The notes under the pieces are model-generated. The model made no database searches. It was not told the DNA's origin and worked only from the letters and a program-made list of their open reading frames with translations. From Bugula neritina (Eukaryota; Animalia; Bryozoa): 64,000 nucleotides of DNA. Position 1 is the stretch's first letter. Every line of letters begins with the position of its first letter. The position numbers and the translations under genes are program-made. Where the stretch lies: contig OZ037769.1 of the NCBI GenBank assembly GCA_964035545.1, positions 4,197,929 to 4,261,928 of the forward strand, in the 5' to 3' direction. Positions 57,401-64,000 of the stretch are shown here, piece by piece.

Positions 57401-58824
57401 GTGAATTTCTACTTGGTATTTTTTCCTTATCGTTCTGTTGTTTGCCAGTAGTCTTAATTTAATGGATTTTCCCTTTTCAAAAGTGGTTGTGACAATCAAA
57501 ACACATCATGCAGCCTGCAACTACACAATCAGTCAGTAATTTCTTCCATTAAAGTAGCTCTTCTGGTTACTCTTGCTCACCTAAAAGCCTGAGCCTCATT
57601 CAAATTGCAATTTTTTAGAGTTGTTAGTTTTTCATGCAGTCTTTCATTTTTTTTTGTTAGGCACAAAATTAGTATTCACTAGACCTAATCTTTCATCTGC
57701 ATGTATGCCTATTGTTTGTTCATTAAAGAAAAACCTCTGCTGAATATTGAACTAATAATGAAAATAAATTCCCTAAACTAAAAGTAGCAGTGTGATTTTG
57801 GTATTACAATTAGTTGTTAGCATAGAGTCAAGTTATTGACAGGAATTTTCAAATTGAAATGAATGAATTTCATTGTAAGTCAGCAAGATTTAGTCTAAGT
57901 AAACATAGCATTACATCGTGTTTTATTTAGCATTTGCAGAAGGCAACATATATTTTAAGGATTATTGTAAACTTAAATGTAATTTTAAGTACTTTCCATG
58001 TTTGTTATTGTAGATGGTCTTGTTCTTTAGGATGGATGTGACAACTCCTTGTGTCAAGCTTAACTGATTGACTACTGAATCCCAATCATATGTTTTGCCA
58101 AAAAATGTGAAAATGGAGTGCATGTCTACTTTATTTGAGAAAATATTAAAAATACTTTTGAAACTTCATCTAGCCAAACAATACAACAGTTTCATTTTAT
58201 TAAAAAATATCATTTGCACAAAAATGTATTATGTAATCGAACAATTTCTAGAAAAAAAGTGCTTTCCTCCAGTTTTGCTAATGAACTACATTTTTCATTA
58301 TATGCTTGTCTTTATAATTTTATTAATTATTTTTTCTGGTGAGTCAATTAAAGTCAATTCAACCTAGAAAAGTTTGAATTTCAGACTTAATTTCAAGCTA
58401 GAATATTCACATTTTAGGTCTGCGTTTGCAAACATTGTTGTGTTACTTTACTTTTTATATTTTTTGAAATAAATATCTTTTTAGCTTGTGCCTATTCATG
58501 ATTAGAATAGTATAATAATATTTAACTTTTCTTCAATTTCAATAGATGAAAATGTTGATCAGTTGGAGTATTCAGTTTAGCTGAATTTTACTTGCTTCTG
58601 CGAAAACAATCTTTTGGAGTTGTCTGCCCTCTCTTTAGGTAATTTTTTGACCTATGGTCAACCCAATAATTATAACTTTTTAAAGATGCTTGTGAACCTA
58701 ACAATATAGCATAACTATCAAACCACATTATTCAATATCTGCATAAAATTTAGCCGATAAGCTGCCACCCAATGAGCTTGAAAAGATATTAGAATTCTAG
58801 CTCAGTGCTGCCATCAATGTAGAT

Positions 58825-58884
58825 ATTTATAATGATATAAAGCCAAAACTCATTATTTATAATGATATAAAGCCAAAACTCATT
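58825..58884. repeat. Perfect tandem duplication of ATTTATAATGATATAAAGCCAAAACTCATT
   Basis: Direct reading. Confidence 0.95.
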
Positions 58885-60701
58885 ATTGCATGAAATTATC
58901 TAACCATTCCTGACAAAGAATCGAGATAATAACTCCAAAGTTGGCCATTTGAAACCACAGCAATAATACTTTAAATGTTACAATTGTCAGGTTTAATTTT
59001 ATACCAAGCCCCAATAAGTACATATAACTATGACAACACAGCCTAAGCACCTCCAATGCAAGAAATTTAGTATTGTGGTGCTGCAAATCCTCCAGTTACA
59101 AATGAGTAGAGCTTTCATGATTATTGGTCTACCATAATGTTTATTTAGTTTTAAGGACTAGCATAAATGCAATTATATGCGGGAGGTATTTGAAAAGCTT
59201 CCAACTCCATCTTCAACTACGGGCTATTATAATTATGCCGATAAACGAGATACTACACTCAGACTGCCCTGTTATAGTACTATGATTGACTACTGCAAAA
59301 TTTTTGCCGATAGACAACATTTAATTATGATGTAATGTATCTCGTATTGGTACATAAGTGTTATGTCTGAGGACGAGATACTGTGAAATTATGCCCTGAA
59401 TATACCGTATTCTCTTACTACATATAATAGAAAATTGAGTAAAATAAACTTATTGAACAACAATTGAAAACAGAAAAATGAAAATACATATACGTTAACA
59501 CATATTCGTTACCACTGCAACCTGTTTTAATCTCAAAAAGACTAAATACTTTTATTTGCCAGTAAAACTTCAAAGTGAAATATTTTAGTTATAAACACTA
59601 TATTATAGCTATCAGCTGAGAACCTGTGAAAATGTGTAAAACTTTTACTTGCCTACCCAAGAAAAAAACTAGCTAGGAATGCTGAGTACCAGACAATGAA
59701 ATCTCCCTGAGGCTAAAAAGCATTGTTTTGACGTATAAAATATTAGGGCTAAAATTTAGACAAAATCTCTTAATATAAAGTGATTTTTGAACCAAGGATC
59801 TCTGGCTTGCGAGCAGACATGCACCAACTAACTATTACACCAAAAAAATAACACTGGGAATATATCTCATCACTATATACTTATACATGCTTCAATCAAA
59901 TAACATTTATAATATCTAAATTAAACCTATAATATAGACAAATATGCTCATTAATCTAAAATACCCAATTTTCAATTTCATGCATAATAGCTCAGAGAGA
60001 AACATGGGTGACAGAATTATCAGCTACAAAAAATACAAAATATTTACAATAATAGTTAGCCTTTAAATAATAATATCTGTACTATTTTATGCTTTCTATA
60101 ATAACAGTATTTACTAAAAAAGAGACTTTTTTGCTGCTACAAAATTTTTCTAAACCATGACGTGGTAGTTATAGGCCAAGTATCACAGACTCATTTTTGA
60201 ATAGTTGTATAAGTGTCAAAGGCATCAATTTTTATTGCCCATTGTAATCATAATATACTATATATTATTGTTATATAATATATTATATATTATTTTTTGT
60301 ATAAAACTGTTATATATGAAATGGCTGCTTGCATTTATATTATGAGGTTACCTCCACGCTTTCGCATTGTCACTGAACTTGAATTGTCACTAAAATTGAA
60401 TTATTTGTAATTTATGCAATGTATTTTTTCTGAATAACTATAATAAGAATAACACTTTTTCGATTGGCAAACTATTAGAGTGGTATTATAAAACAATTGC
60501 GTTTATAAAACAGAGAACGAAACATAATACTTTTAATAGAATGAGACCACTTTCTAATTGACCCTAGAGCTCATTTTCTAGCGGCATGAAATGCATCATT
60601 TTGCAAAAGTTCTAGGTTTAATACGCTGTCAGATATTCTGATGCATTATTGATGAAAGATCATATATCAATTTTTTAAACATAAGCAAACATGAACAAAC
60701 A

Positions 60702-60718
60702 GCATATTCGGTATATAA
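60702..60718 (+). promoter_or_regulatory. Extended TATA motif of paralogue B (GCATATTCGGTATATAA)
   Basis: 98 bp upstream of the ATG at 60810. Confidence 0.65.
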
Positions 60719-60809
60719 TTGGACGTTTTAGCTCAATACCTTCACATTTCTTCACATTCACATCTCTGATACGTTTCAAGAATTTGGTATAATTAAAGTA
60801 TATTATAAA

Positions 60810-62817
60810 ATGGGTAAGTTATATAAGTTATATTACCTTTCAGTTGAGTTAAATTAACCAAATATTTATGTTTTCCAAATTTAAAGAAAAACAAAATAAT
60901 AAAATTATATTTAGTAAAAAAATTATAAAGCACTTAATATATAGCTATTTTTAATATAAAATCCTGTTGTTGTAATTGTATATAGTTTACAAAGCTAGCA
61001 TAAAGATTTATAAAACTATAATATATAATAGTTTTATAAATCTTATATTCATAAATTTGCTTTAATACAGCTTTTACTGTTAACAATTGAGCAACTGTTT
61101 GGTTTGGTTGATTTATCATAAAAAAAATATTAATATAAATAATTTATTGATTGTTACGTTTCATTTTAGTGTCTGTAAAAGCTAGTATAGCAGTATGCGC
61201 TGTTGCTCTATTTATTGGTAAGTTTCATCTAACTGATATTTGACTAGAATATAAAAAATGTTTTGAAGTAACTCAGTGCATAATCAAGGAGAACAGCTAT
61301 AAACCGCAGCAAAACATACTATACCGTGAAACGATACATCACTCCTCTCTTATTGCATAATTATAACTATAACTAATTGTGCTTATATAATTATTTATTC
61401 TTTTGTACTTTTAGCTATGGCTGAAGTGAAAAGCGATTCTTCTAGTGATTCTCGTGAGTATAAAAACAGCATTTCAATAGGTTCAGATGGTTTAGAGTAG
61501 TGAAATCACACACACAGCATATATAGCAATGTTATGTTGCGATATAGATGGCAAAATATAGTGCAATTGTAATAATTATTGATTAAAAACAAAATTAAAT
61601 GTGTGCAACTATGCTGATAAGTTTCTAATTGTGTCAATATAATCAAGCTAATAAGAAACTATCTGAATTTATTATATGTATTTAAAGAATTTGTTTAATT
61701 GCAGCTTGTGAAGACATCCTTTATGAAGAGTTTTGCGATTTCAAAAAGACAATTCAGACAAAGAAACGCAGCGATTGTATAAAGTTTGTAAACATACATA
61801 TAATAATTTTCCTGCGATACACATGCTGACTCACATTTGTATCTGATATATTCAAATTAATACAACTATGTAAAACATCAACGTATACTTTAAGTTTTTT
61901 TTCAGAGCCAGAAATAATTTGCTGACGGCTACTGGCACTTGTGTTGCTGATAATCTAGTGTTACTATCATTTCGAGGAATTCAGTACATAAGACTGTTCA
62001 GATCCTACTGTAAAGGCATTGCCTTTCCACAAAATGGTAAGTATCTTTATAGGTTTCCTAGTTGTAATATTTAGTCATTAAGTTAACTTCTTTCAATAAC
62101 AAATGCTTGTGACTAAATAATATTTACTTTCATTGATTTTAGAATGTGATAAAGTTTCGGACTGTCTGCAGATAGCATTTGACAAAAAAGGAAAGAAACT
62201 TTTTTGGTAAGAGCTGTTTTATTTTGGTTCTAGAGTTTGATTGTTTTTTTAAGTATTCGTCTGAATTATGTAATCTAGAGAGAAAACGAATTTGTTTAAA
62301 TATAAGGTCTAAATGTTTGCTTTCAGTTTGATCCCAAATAAATGTTTCAAGTCTTTTTTACTATACCTATAGTCTAAGAAATTGGCCAGTGTATGTACCA
62401 CACACCACACACTACACACCACACACTTCACACCACACACTATGCACGCACGCACGCACACGTGCACACGTGCGCACACTCGCATACACACACGCACGGA
62501 CACACACGCATACACACACACACACATATAGTTATATATAGTATATGAAATATAAATATAAAATATACATATGTAGATTGGAAGCTGAAAAAAATTTTTA
62601 CGGTTACTGATATTGAAAGAAGAACTAAATAAAACTTTGTTGTAGTAACAAGAAGAATCCCGCAAACCAGTGCTACAAGAAGGCTAAGAAAACATGTTCA
62701 GTGGCAGATCAATATCAAGATGTACTTATTAACAGAGCTTTTCTAGCAGTCTGTACATCCAATAAGAAGTTTTATACCATCGAAAAACCTGTTTTACCTT
62801 CTTGCTCCAAACACTAA
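60810..62817 (+). CDS. Secreted 12-Cys two-module protein, paralogue B, 7 exons, 178 aa: MVSVKASIAVCAVALFIAMAEVKSDSSSDSPCEDILYEEFCDFKKTIQTKKRSDCIKARNNLLTATGTCVADNLVLLSFRGIQYIRLFRSYCKGIAFPQNECDKVSDCLQIAFDKKGKKLFCNKKNPANQCYKKAKKTCSVADQYQDVLINRAFLAVCTSNKKFYTIEKPVLPSCSKH*
   Basis: Exons 60810-60813, 61170-61217, 61415-61453, 61705-61783, 61906-62036, 62143-62206, 62646-62817 (4/48/39/79/131/64/172 nt). GT-AG introns, open frame, and all 12 mature-region Cys align with paralogue D. Confidence 0.9.
62397..62530. repeat. Degenerate (CA)n/(CACG)n in intron 6 of paralogue B
   Basis: Direct reading. Confidence 0.95.
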
Positions 62818-63844
62818 GAGGAAAACACAAAAGTTTACTGTCAGTGGTTATTATTTCCAAAACACTTTTCGTCAGCTTTAAGCTTTTTGGACACAGGTGC
62901 ATGCAGCATATGTTGATCTTCGTAAAAATAAAACTTCAAATTGTTATCTATTTCACACGTTGAATTTTCTAATATAGACACATAATTTTTATTAACGTGT
63001 TGATTTTTAAATGTTTTTATTGTAACTAATGCCAGTAAAATTAAATAAAATGTATTAGCGTATATAAATCTTTCTGGGCTTGTTAATAATGTTAGTTATG
63101 GAGTTACTTCAACTGTGTGCGTGTGCGCGTGTGTGCGTGCGTGCGTGCATGCGTGCGTGTGTGTGTGTATATATAAACAATATATAAACAGGCAGACAGA
63201 AACTGATAGACAACTGGCTGCCTTACCAGAACAACAGAATGGTGTGAGCAATAACATGTTGAAAATGGCATAAAAGCACTTATAGTTATAAAATAAATAC
63301 TAAATGAAAATCTTGTAAATCCAAGTGTCTCAGTCTTTGACAGAAATTTCTACAGTTATAAATCATGATATTAATAATTTTGGCCTATGATTATATCTAA
63401 TTACTTTCAAATATTGACAAATGATAGTGATATTACGTCATCTATTCATGTTTGTAGTATCACTGAACTGCCTGTGACTTGCAGAATGTCAATTTGTAGA
63501 CAATCACGAACAAATTTCTGCACAATTAACCATCAAACTGAAACCTTCAATAATATTAAATAACAACGATAATGTTTTCATAACCTACAACGCAATATTT
63601 TCAAATAGCATGAATTATATTATTATTTTGCCACCATATTACAAATTACAAAATCATTAGGGTTTATCTTTTGCCAAGTCTTAGAATTTCCTGTTATTGA
63701 CAAAAGATTACATCAATTTTATTATGTGATGTAGATTAATGGGACATCGTGTTTAATATATAAGTTGGTATTGTAGTTGTATATCTTCACCTTTACAAAC
63801 TCTTCTCTTCTACATCTTAGGACTTCAACTTAATGAAAAATGGG

Positions 63845-63941
63845 TATGTATGTATAAATATAAATATATATAAATATATATATAAATATATATATAAATA
63901 TATATGTAAATATAAATATATATGTAAATATATATAAATAT

Positions 63942-64000
<59 letters not shown>
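63845..64000. repeat. Degenerate (TA)n then (GT)n microsatellite
   Basis: Direct reading. Confidence 0.97.

Overview
Very AT-rich, intron-containing eukaryotic DNA with long (TA)n/(CA)n microsatellites, most like an invertebrate animal (a Hydra-like cnidarian is plausible but cannot be established). Most ORF-track entries are microsatellite or chance ORFs. Manual GT-AG exon stitching reveals a cluster of five paralogues of a small secreted cysteine-rich protein family that I cannot name. All five share a 4-nt coding first exon (ATGG), a signal-peptide exon, conserved intron phases and an extended TATA motif about 100 bp upstream of the ATG. Two are complete two-module 12-Cys genes (28381-29964 minus, 177 aa; 60810-62817 plus, 178 aa). 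One is a one-module 4-Cys gene with a new cationic amphipathic tail (18357-20686, 114 aa), one is a truncated recent duplicate (34398-~36658), and one is a probable pseudogene (23970-25932). Four of the genes lie between two oppositely oriented, decayed, intron-containing KDZ-type (CxC3) transposase loci, each preceded by kilobases of hexamer-periodic DNA. Also present: an R4/Dong-like retrotransposon in an (AAT)n target, an RTE endonuclease fragment, Penelope-like fragments with decayed hammerhead-ribozyme motifs, a tRNA-derived SINE family and a foldback MITE. All calls come from reading the sequence; no searches were run.
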